The notes under the pieces: generated by a model | Told to the model about the DNA's origin: nothing | The model's database searches: none | What the model saw: only the letters and a program-made list of their open reading frames with translations | Translations under genes and position numbers: made by a program | Source of the DNA: an uncultured Desulfobacterales bacterium | GTDB lineage: Bacteria; Desulfobacterota; Desulfobacteria; Desulfobacterales; SpSt-501 | Direction: 5' to 3' | Length of the DNA stretch: 64,000 bases | NCBI GenBank assembly: GCA_938048455.1 | Contig: CALIUY010000016.1 | Coordinates: forward strand, 14,796 to 78,795 | In this document: piece by piece, positions 24,421-31,873 of the stretch | Numbering within the stretch: position 1 is the stretch's first letter | How the letters are laid out: each line of letters starts with the position of its first letter

Positions 24421-25408
24421 GCCCAGCCTCCTTTCCGTTGAGGCAAGAAAGGCCGCAGAGGAGTTCGCCGTTGCCGCAGTCCGCGGTTTCGAACTGGAAG
24501 ACCGGATGATCGATCCCGAAGCGCTCGCGGAGATGGCATCGCAGCGTCTGGGCCAGAGCCTCCGTGCGGCTGACCGCCTGATCGGGCACGACCACGTGGC
24601 AGGAAAAGGCCACGCCGCTCGAGGAGAGATTCCAGGCATGGAGGTAGTGAACGCTCCGGACGCCGGGGATCTTTTCCATATCGCGCTTCACGGTCGCAAG
24701 ATCCAGCCCCCGGGGCGTGGAATTCATGAGGATCAGGCCCGATTCGCGGGCGATGCTCCAGGAATTCTTGAGGATGAAGATCACGATGGCGAACGAAAGC
24801 AGCGGGTCGAGCCAATACCAGGGACGCACGGTGAGAATGGCCCCCCCGATCAACACGGCGACCGAGGTCAGCATATCGCCCACCATGTGCCAGAACGCGC
24901 CGCGCACGTTGAGGCTGTGCCGGGCGTCCCGATGAAGAAGCCAGGCCGACAGGCCGTTTCCCGCGACCCCCACCGCGGCAAGCCCCATCACGAGCTCCCC
25001 CGTCACCACCGTGGGATGCCGCAAGCGATCAACGGCTTCGACGAGGATGACCGCCGAGGCCCCCGCGAGCAGGGCGACCTGCACGAGCGCGGCCAACACC
25101 TCGGCGCGCCGAAAGCCGAAGGTGTGCCGCACGGAGGCACCGCGCCGACCGATGCGGAAGGCGAAATAGGCGATCATCACGGCTGCGAAATCGCCGAAAT
25201 TGTGCGTGGCATCCGAGATGAGCGCCATGCTGCCGGCGGCGAGTCCCCCCGCCACCTGAGCGAGGGGAATCAAGAGATTCAACCCCAGGGTGACGAGAAG
25301 GCGGGTGCCGGTGTGTCCGTCCCCCTCTTCGGCGGGGACCGACCCGGAACCCCCTCCAGGGGTCGCCGGAGGCGGAGTTTCAAGCGGAAAGCCGTGCCGC
25401 GTGCTCAT
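24410..25408 (-). CDS. Cation diffusion facilitator (CzcD/ZitB-like) metal exporter
   Basis: ISDATHNFGD and WHMVGD (HxxxD-type) motifs in TM helices; C-terminal cytoplasmic domain. The ATG 25408 start is preferred over TTG 25441. Confidence 0.85.
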   Translation of the reverse strand: MSTRHGFPLETPPPATPGGGSGSVPAEEGDGHTGTRLLVTLGLNLLIPLAQVAGGLAAGSMALISDATHNFGDFAAVMIAYFAFRIGRRGASVRHTFGFRRAEVLAALVQVALLAGASAVILVEAVDRLRHPTVVTGELVMGLAAVGVAGNGLSAWLLHRDARHSLNVRGAFWHMVGDMLTSVAVLIGGAILTVRPWYWLDPLLSFAIVIFILKNSWSIARESGLILMNSTPRGLDLATVKRDMEKIPGVRSVHYLHAWNLSSSGVAFSCHVVVPDQAVSRTEALAQTLRCHLRERFGIDHPVFQFETADCGNGELLCGLSCLNGKEAGHAH

Positions 25409-25445
25409 GGACAGGTTTTCCCGACACCCGGGCGGCGGCAAAAAA

Positions 25446-26162
25446 TCATGCCGACCAGAGAAGCCAAACCGGGTTGAGCAGAAAGTAGATCCCCAGCAGG
25501 CCGATCACGGCCCCGGCCGCCTTGCGGAACCAGGCTCCGGCCCCCTGCCAGGCGCTGTTTTCGACGAGCCGCCGGACGGCCGCGGTCGAACTGCCGGCGA
25601 CGGCGATCGGCAGGCAGTGGCCGATCCCGAAAAGAAGGATCAAGGCGATCCCCTGGAGCGGTTCCCGCTGAACGGTGATCATGGCCAGAATGGGGGCGAT
25701 GAATCCGAAGGTGCAGGAACCGGACAGGATGCCGTAGCCCAGTCCCAGAGCGAAAGCGCCGCGGCGGCCCCGGAAATTCAAGCGGTAGAGCAGGCTGCCC
25801 GAGGCCGAGCAGGACTCGACCCCCATCATGCCGAGCGCGACCCAGATCAGGACCGCACCCACGAGGATCTGCCACCAGGAACCGATATCCCCCAACATCC
25901 GGCCGAGAAGCGCGCATGCCGCTCCGATCAGACCGATCGTGAGAAAAAGCCCGGCGCTGAAGAGCCCGGCGTAAACCGCGGCCTGCCGGGGAACGAGCGC
26001 TTTTTCCTGGCCGCCGACGTAGGCGACGATCAGCGGGATCGAGGCGAGATGGCAGGGGCTGAAGAGCACGCTGACCATCCCCCAGATGAAGGCGCCGGCG
26101 GCGGCAAGCCCGCTTCCTCCGACCATCCACTCGTTTGCGGCAACAAAAAGCGCTTCCAGCAC
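25446..26162 (-). CDS. CcdA/DsbD-type thiol-disulfide electron-transfer membrane protein
   Basis: LFSPCHLASIPL and SGSCTFGF half-site Cys motifs; 6-TM architecture. Confidence 0.85.
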   Translation of the reverse strand: MLEALFVAANEWMVGGSGLAAAGAFIWGMVSVLFSPCHLASIPLIVAYVGGQEKALVPRQAAVYAGLFSAGLFLTIGLIGAACALLGRMLGDIGSWWQILVGAVLIWVALGMMGVESCSASGSLLYRLNFRGRRGAFALGLGYGILSGSCTFGFIAPILAMITVQREPLQGIALILLFGIGHCLPIAVAGSSTAAVRRLVENSAWQGAGAWFRKAAGAVIGLLGIYFLLNPVWLLWSA

Positions 26163-26172
26163 GACACTCTCC

Positions 26173-27075
26173 TCAGCGGATGCCGATCTGCGCGAGCACC
26201 CGGTTCACCTCGACCTCGGGGAAAAACCCTTCGTGGCGGAAGACCTCTTTGCCCTGGCGGTCAAAAAAGACCTGGACCGGAATCGCCCGGATCCCGTAAC
26301 GGGCGGCGAGAAGTTTCTCCTCGCCCACATGAACGAACACGACGTTCAAGCGCGGCCCATGCGCTTGGCGGAGCTTTTCGAGGATGGGCTGCATCATGTC
26401 GCACGGCACACAGCCGGAGGCCCCGAACTCCACGAGTGTGGGCTTCCCGGAAAAACGCGCCCGATCGACGGGATTGTCCTGCGCGGTCTCGGCCTTGCTT
26501 TGGAGCCAGGAGGCGTTGACCTCCAGGGGAACCCTTTTTTCGAGTGCCGCGAGAAAATCGACGACGGCCTGCTCCTGTTTTTGCTGCAGGAGCATCTGAC
26601 GGATCGCCCCCGAGACCTGCTCGTAGGGCGCCCCGCCGATCATCTCCCGGTTCTGCTCGTAGAAGGCTCGGACTTCGGTCTGGGAGACGCTCGCTTTGGC
26701 GCTTAGGCGACGGAAGAGAGCTTCGACCGCCTGGTCCTCCGATACCCCGGGGCCTGCGAGTCCCTGGCGCTTTGCTTCGCGAACGAGGATCCGACGGCCG
26801 GCCTCGCGCTCCAAAAGAAAGAAGCGGTTTCTCTCGAGCTGAGGCCTCCAGTCCGAGGGCGCCTCCTGCAACAGCCGCTCCAGCTCCTCGGCACGGATTT
26901 CCAGCTCTTCGCTTCGGAAGAGCACCGCGGCGGGAAGCGCGGACAGGCGCGCCGCACGCAGCACCCCTCCCGCCAGGCCGGGATAGCGTTCGTCTACGGT
27001 CGCCGCGGCGGCGGGGGAGGCGGCGAAAGCGAACACGGAGATCAGGAGCAAGACAAACGCCGCGGCCGCTTTCAT
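26173..27075 (-). CDS. Periplasmic SurA-N-like chaperone domain fused to thioredoxin (CVPC)
   Basis: Trimmed to ATG 27075 (ATGA overlap with the upstream stop). Signal peptide MKAAAAFVLLLISVFAFA, a helical chaperone-like region, then EFGASGCVPCDMM..AIPVQVFF. Confidence 0.75.
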   Translation of the reverse strand: MKAAAAFVLLLISVFAFAASPAAAATVDERYPGLAGGVLRAARLSALPAAVLFRSEELEIRAEELERLLQEAPSDWRPQLERNRFFLLEREAGRRILVREAKRQGLAGPGVSEDQAVEALFRRLSAKASVSQTEVRAFYEQNREMIGGAPYEQVSGAIRQMLLQQKQEQAVVDFLAALEKRVPLEVNASWLQSKAETAQDNPVDRARFSGKPTLVEFGASGCVPCDMMQPILEKLRQAHGPRLNVVFVHVGEEKLLAARYGIRAIPVQVFFDRQGKEVFRHEGFFPEVEVNRVLAQIGIR

Positions 27076-27452
27076 TTGACCCCCATCTTCGCCAGTTGCT
27101 CGACGATCGCCTTTTCGCTCATGAACCCCATGTGGCGAAAGACTTCCTTTCCGTTCTTGTCGAAGAAGATCTGTGTGGGAATGGCCCGGATGCCGAAGCG
27201 CCGGGCCTGCTCGGGATAGCGATAGATATCGATGACGATCACCGCCGCGCGGTCCCGGTAATCCTGCTCGACCTTTTTGAGGATCGGGGCCATCAGCTTG
27301 CAAGGCACGCACTGGTCGGACCCCAGGTCGAGCAGGGTCACCATGCCTTGGACCGGAACGTGGCGAAAGTCCTCCGCCGCGGCTTGCGCCGAACCGCAGG
27401 AGACGAGGATGAGGAAAGCCAGGAGCGATCCTGCCCGGCGCACCGTATTCAT
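27072..27452 (-). CDS. Periplasmic thioredoxin (CVPC)
   Basis: Signal peptide, LLDLGSDQCVPCKLM, AIPTQIFF cis-Pro region. Confidence 0.85.
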   Translation of the reverse strand: MNTVRRAGSLLAFLILVSCGSAQAAAEDFRHVPVQGMVTLLDLGSDQCVPCKLMAPILKKVEQDYRDRAAVIVIDIYRYPEQARRFGIRAIPTQIFFDKNGKEVFRHMGFMSEKAIVEQLAKMGVK

Positions 27453-27868
27453 CCGCAGCAGCCTCCGAAAGCCGTCCGGAGCGCCGCGCCTTCCCGCTCC
27501 GCGCAGGCGGCGCGAACGGCTTCTTTCACGCGACGCACATCCTGCGGATGGAGCTCGAAGTTTTTGTTCTTTTCGATTCCCAGCTCCGTGAGCACGATGT
27601 GGCGGAAGGATTCGATGCCGGCCCGCCGGAGGGTCGCCCGGGCGCAGCCGACGGGACAGCCGTCGATCGCCGCGATCAGCGGCACATCATTCGCGGACTG
27701 AATGAAGCCCTGAAGCCCGCCGCCGATTCCGGCGAGGCAATACATCGTCCCGAACCTTTCCTGCGTGAGCTCCACCGCGGCCTGGTTGGCGATCTGCCCC
27801 ACATTCGAGCCGCCCGAGCAGGCGAGAATCATCACCGCATTGCCGTTCGCGCAACAATTGTCAACCAT
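27449..27868 (-). CDS. DGC-domain putative metal-binding protein
   Basis: ILACSGGSNVGQIANQAA and AIDGCPVGCA motifs, characteristic of the DGC domain. Confidence 0.75.
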   Translation of the reverse strand: MVDNCCANGNAVMILACSGGSNVGQIANQAAVELTQERFGTMYCLAGIGGGLQGFIQSANDVPLIAAIDGCPVGCARATLRRAGIESFRHIVLTELGIEKNKNFELHPQDVRRVKEAVRAACAEREGAALRTAFGGCCG

Positions 27869-27978
27869 CGATGTCTCCTCCGGAAAGAAATTCGTTCAGG
27901 GTCGCGCAACCGAACCGTCATTCCGGACGGGGTCCGCGATCCTGAGGGATCGGGAACTGCGGACACGAGTGGATCCCT

Positions 27979-28030
27979 GAAAACAAAACCCCGACGCCAC
28001 CCCCTGCGGACATCCTCCGGGCGGCGCCGG
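27979..28030 (-). terminator. Rho-independent terminator after the small thioredoxin gene
   Basis: RNA CCGGCGCCGCCC...GGGGUGGCGUCGG forms a 12-bp stem (two G-U pairs), followed after 2 nt by UUUUGUUUU. Confidence 0.7.
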
Positions 28031-28049
28031 AGCGGTTTTCGCTTCCGGC

Positions 28050-28283
28050 TCAACGCTTGAGCCACTGCTTGACTTCTTCTTTGGTGGGAATCTTACCGAC
28101 GCATTTCACCTCTCCATCCACCACCACGGAAGGGGTGCCGAACACTCCGTAGTCGGCGATTTTCAGCATGTCGGTCACCTTCTCGACCACGGCATCGGCA
28201 CCGACCTCCGCCAAGGCTTCTTTGACGATGCGCTCGGTCTGCTGGCACTTGGGGCATCCGGGCCCCAGCACTTTGATGTTCAT
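28050..28283 (-). CDS. Small thioredoxin-fold protein (redox-active disulfide protein 2 type, CPKC)
   Basis: 77 aa. MNIKVLGPGCPKCQ...GTPSVVVDGEVKCVGKIPTKEEV. Confidence 0.85.
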   Translation of the reverse strand: MNIKVLGPGCPKCQQTERIVKEALAEVGADAVVEKVTDMLKIADYGVFGTPSVVVDGEVKCVGKIPTKEEVKQWLKR

Positions 28284-28367
28284 CTTGCCGAATCTCCTTT
28301 CCCCTCACGGTTCTTCTGGAAGAATTACATAACTTCCGCCCGATCGCAAGGCGTGCCGATCTCGTCG

Positions 28368-28868
28368 TCATCCGCCGGCGGCCGCTCGAAGCCACTCTCG
28401 AAGCTGGCTGCGCGCGGGAACCCGGCCGACGGCGACCACCTTGCCGTTGATCACGAGCGCCGGGCTGCCCATCACCCCGTAACAGGCGATTTCCTGGATG
28501 TCGCGCACGTGCTCGAGGTCGGCGGGGAGCTTGAGCTCGGCGAGAACCGCCATCAGGTCTTTCTCGAGGCGGTCGCATTGCGGGCAGCCGGGCCCCAGGA
28601 CCTTGATCCTCAGCCCGCCTTCTTCTGTTTCGGGAAGCGGCTGCCCGATGAACTTGCGGTACTCCCGGTAGAGAGCCGCGCGATAGGACTCCCGGGCCGA
28701 GGGAACGACATAGTTCTTTTCGCTCACCCGGGCGAGCAGGGCTTCTTCGATGACGGCACGATCCCGGTCGGCGAAATCCCGTGCGACCTCTTCCAGAATG
28801 GATTTCAGGCCGATGATGCCGACGAGATGGCTGCCGATGCGAATCTGGATTACTTCCGTGTCGCCCAT
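28368..28868 (-). CDS. Two-domain protein: unknown N-terminal domain plus small thioredoxin fold (CPQC)
   Basis: Trimmed to ATG 28868 (AGGAG 8 nt upstream). The C-terminal IKVLGPGCPQCDRL...GSPALVINGKVVAVGRVP is paralogous to 28050-28283. Confidence 0.75.
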   Translation of the reverse strand: MGDTEVIQIRIGSHLVGIIGLKSILEEVARDFADRDRAVIEEALLARVSEKNYVVPSARESYRAALYREYRKFIGQPLPETEEGGLRIKVLGPGCPQCDRLEKDLMAVLAELKLPADLEHVRDIQEIACYGVMGSPALVINGKVVAVGRVPARSQLREWLRAAAGG

Positions 28869-28893
28869 GATGCCGCTCCTGTCCTCACGGGAT

Positions 28894-30309
28894 TCAGAAA
28901 AAGGTTCCGAACAGCATTCCGCAGACCGTGGAAAGAACAATGACCAAGCTGCAATAAAGCACGGTTTTCTGGGTGCCGATGACGCTGCGGATGACGAGCA
29001 TGTTGGGCAGGCTGAGCGCCGGGCCGGCAAGCAGCAGCGCGAGCGCCGGGCCCTTGCCCATGCCGGCGGAGATCAGGCCCTGCAGGATCGGAACCTCGGT
29101 CAGGGTGGCGAAGTACATGAAGGCCCCGACCACGGCGGAAAAGAGATTGGCCCCCAGCGAGTTTCCGCCGACCCAGCGCTTGACCCACTCCGAGGGGATG
29201 ATGCCCTCCGTGCCGGGCTGCCCCAGAAGCAGACCGGCCACGAGCACCCCGCCGAGAAGAAGAGGGGTGATCTGCTTGGCGAAATCCCAGGAGGAAAGAA
29301 ACCAGGACTCCGTTTCCCCCCGGGTCGAGGCGAGAAGCCAGCCGAAGACCAGGATCCCGGCCGAAAAGGCGGCAAGCGGCCGGCCGGGGAAGAAAAGGGC
29401 GAAGGCGATCACCACCGCAGCACCGACGGCGACCTTGGCCGCTTTCACCCGGAACCAGGCGACGAGGATGCCGCCGAGCGCCGCCGCGGCGATCCCCGCA
29501 AGCCACCACTTCACGGAAAAAACCGCATTCCAGAGCCGGTCGGATGCGTCCTCGGAGCGGCTCCACGTGGCGAAGATCAGGACCATGACAAGCAGGGCGA
29601 ATTGCAGCGCGTTCTGCCACAGGGGACGCGTCACGGGAGCCTCCGGCAGGTGAAGCGCGGCCTGGGCTTTCTGGGCCTCCTCCTTGCGGTAGATCAGGTA
29701 CATGAGGAAACCGATCACGATGCTGAAAAGGATCGCCCCTACGGCGCGGGCGATCCCGATCTCCAGGCCGAGGATGCGTGCGGTCATCACGATGGCGAGC
29801 ACGTTGATCGCCGGACCCGAGTAGAGAAAGGCGATCGCCGGCCCCAAGCCCGCCCCCCGTCTCCAGATGCCGGCGAACAGGGGAAGCACGGTGCAGGAAC
29901 ATACGGCAAGGATGCTGCCGGAAACGGAGGAGACCCCGTAGGCGAGCACCTTAGAGGCGCCGGCGCCGAGGTATTTCATGACCGCCGCCTGGGAGACGAA
30001 GGTGGCGATCGCCCCGGCGATGAAAAATGCGGGCACCAGGCAGAGCAGCACGTGCTCGCGGGCATACCACTTTGTCAGCGCAAGCGAGGAGATCACCGCC
30101 TCTTGCAGGCGCGCGCTCTCGACCGGAAGGAAATAGAAGACGAGAAACGCCGCCACGATCGCCAGAAGCGGTTTGGCGATGTTGCGCCAATCGATCAGGC
30201 TCGGCTGACCGCCGCTTTCTTCGGTGACGGGGGCGGTACTGTTTTCTACGGATTCTCCGGTTGCCGGATAGGCGGAGGTGGTTTTCATCGGGGTTTTCCT
30301 CTTCTCCAC
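28894..30309 (-). CDS. COG0701/ArsP-type permease
   Basis: 471-aa polytopic protein. AVCSCTVLPLFAGIWRRGAGLG signature and a duplicated half. Paralogue of 1-543. Confidence 0.85.
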   Translation of the reverse strand: MEKRKTPMKTTSAYPATGESVENSTAPVTEESGGQPSLIDWRNIAKPLLAIVAAFLVFYFLPVESARLQEAVISSLALTKWYAREHVLLCLVPAFFIAGAIATFVSQAAVMKYLGAGASKVLAYGVSSVSGSILAVCSCTVLPLFAGIWRRGAGLGPAIAFLYSGPAINVLAIVMTARILGLEIGIARAVGAILFSIVIGFLMYLIYRKEEAQKAQAALHLPEAPVTRPLWQNALQFALLVMVLIFATWSRSEDASDRLWNAVFSVKWWLAGIAAAALGGILVAWFRVKAAKVAVGAAVVIAFALFFPGRPLAAFSAGILVFGWLLASTRGETESWFLSSWDFAKQITPLLLGGVLVAGLLLGQPGTEGIIPSEWVKRWVGGNSLGANLFSAVVGAFMYFATLTEVPILQGLISAGMGKGPALALLLAGPALSLPNMLVIRSVIGTQKTVLYCSLVIVLSTVCGMLFGTFF

Positions 30310-30378
30310 ATCAAGGGGCGCAAAAAATCCCCACCGACATCCCCCCTGAGGGAGGGTTGGACTATGATTGACCTTAGG

Positions 30379-30762
30379 TCATGAAAAGGGAACGGATTGC
30401 CTTCCGGTGATGAGCTCTCTGCGGACAAGACGCGCGCGGGATACTTCCTCCAGGATCGCCGGATCTTCCTCCAACCAGGTGGAAAGCTCGCGCAACAGCT
30501 TGGCAGCGAAGGGGTTGGCGGAATCGCGGGAAAGCTCGTAGTTCACCCACAGCCCATCTTTCGAAGATACAACAAAACCCATTTCTTCCAATAACTTAAG
30601 GTGTTTTGATACGGTCGGCTGCGAAATATGCAACAATGCCGTCAACTCGCAAACACATAGGCACCGGCGATGTTGCAAGTATTTAAGGATACGCACCCTG
30701 CTGGGATCGGCCAGCGCTTTCATCGTTCTTGTGAGCAAATTCAAAGACGAAAGAATATTCAT
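30379..30762 (-). CDS. arsR: ArsR/SmtB-family metalloregulator (CVC site)
   Basis: MKALADPSRVRILKYL..RRCLCVCELTALLHISQPTVSKHLKLLEEMGFV. ORF 30379..30879 trimmed to ATG 30762 (alternative 30723). Notably lower GC than the surroundings. Confidence 0.85.
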   Translation of the reverse strand: MNILSSLNLLTRTMKALADPSRVRILKYLQHRRCLCVCELTALLHISQPTVSKHLKLLEEMGFVVSSKDGLWVNYELSRDSANPFAAKLLRELSTWLEEDPAILEEVSRARLVRRELITGRQSVPFS

Positions 30763-30769
30763 GTTGGGC

Positions 30770-30798
30770 AATATAGTAAGGTCCCCGTTGCCTGTCAA
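30770..30798 (-). promoter_or_regulatory. Sigma70-type promoter of the arsR-permease-thioredoxin cassette
   Basis: Reverse strand TTGACA-17 nt-TATATT. The -10 ends 7 nt before ATG 30762, which implies a leaderless transcript or use of ATG 30723. Confidence 0.6.
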
Positions 30799-30894
30799 GG
30801 ATGCTTTCTTGACCGCAAACAACGCGAATGATAAAAAGGGCGCCCATAGTGAACAATTACTGTAAATCCTAAAAGGCATTCATCGATTTAGTTC

Positions 30895-31869
30895 ATGTTT
30901 TCTTTTTCCCCGCAGCGTTCGGCCTTGGGTTTTTTCCTCAAGACAGGATTTGCCGCCGTTGCGCTCGCCGCGTTTTTCAGCCTTCCGCTTGCCTGCGGGC
31001 CGGACGGGGAATACCGAGCGGTGGACTTTACCTCCCGGCCGGTTTCATTGCCGGTCTCCGCCAAGAACATCCCGCAGGAGGGGCGGCTTCGGGTCGCGGT
31101 GGCGGCGATGATTTCCCCCAAGGAAACCCTGATTCACTACAGAGAACTCCTCGATTACCTGGGACGGGAATCCGGCCAGACGATCAGCCTCCTGCAGCGT
31201 CGCACCTACGGCGAGGTGAACGATCTGTTCCCCCGCGGCGAAGTCGATCTCGCCTTCCTCTGCTCCGGCCCCTACGCCGTCGCCCGCCAACGGATCGGCT
31301 TTCTCGCCATCGCCGTGCCGGTGGTGAGAGGGGAGCCGTTTTATCGAGCCTATCTGATCGTCCCCCGCCAAAGCCCGGCGACCGGAATCGAGGATCTGCG
31401 TGGCAAGGTCTTCGCCTTCACCGATCCCGAATCGAACACCGGGCACCTGGTGCCACGGTACTGGCTTGCCGCACGGGGAGAGCGGCCGGAGACGTTTTTT
31501 CGAAAGACCATTTTCACTTACAGCCACGACAACTCCATTCTCTCCGTCGTCCGCGGTCTCGTCGACGGCGCCGCCGTGGACGGACACCAGTGGGAGTTTT
31601 TCGCCCGCAACCGGCCCGAGCTCACTTCCCCCGGGCGTATCCTTTTGCGCTCCGAGCCCTTCGGCAGCCCGCCGATCGTCGTCTCGCCGGCGCTGTCCAT
31701 CACCCTCCGCACACGGCTGCAGGAGATTCTACTCTCCATGCACGCCGACGCCGAAGGCCGGCGCATCCTCCAGGCCCTGGGGATCGATCGTTTCGTAGCC
31801 CCGGAGGAGTCCTGGTACGAGCCGATCCGCCGCATGCACGCGGGGTTGAACCTCGGCAGGGGGAGCTGA
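30895..31869 (+). CDS. PhnD-like (phosphonate-binding-type) periplasmic binding lipoprotein
   Basis: Lipobox LPLACG. LRVAVAAMISPKETLIHYRELLDYL..GEVDLAFLCSGPY..AFTDPESNTGHLVP fits the PhnD/Phosphonate-bd fold. Confidence 0.75.
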   Translation: MFSFSPQRSALGFFLKTGFAAVALAAFFSLPLACGPDGEYRAVDFTSRPVSLPVSAKNIPQEGRLRVAVAAMISPKETLIHYRELLDYLGRESGQTISLLQRRTYGEVNDLFPRGEVDLAFLCSGPYAVARQRIGFLAIAVPVVRGEPFYRAYLIVPRQSPATGIEDLRGKVFAFTDPESNTGHLVPRYWLAARGERPETFFRKTIFTYSHDNSILSVVRGLVDGAAVDGHQWEFFARNRPELTSPGRILLRSEPFGSPPIVVSPALSITLRTRLQEILLSMHADAEGRRILQALGIDRFVAPEESWYEPIRRMHAGLNLGRGS

Positions 31870-31873
31870 CCCG

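Noticed and set aside
23272-29030. Long N-terminal extensions offered by the track for several reverse-strand genes (23272..24639, 26173..27312, 28368..29030, 22463..23077, 43488..43919).
   Set aside because: The extensions overlap the upstream genes and are compositionally odd. Internal ATGs with good Shine-Dalgarno sequences, or with ATGA/4-11-nt coupling overlaps, give proteins that start at the expected signal peptide or domain boundary.
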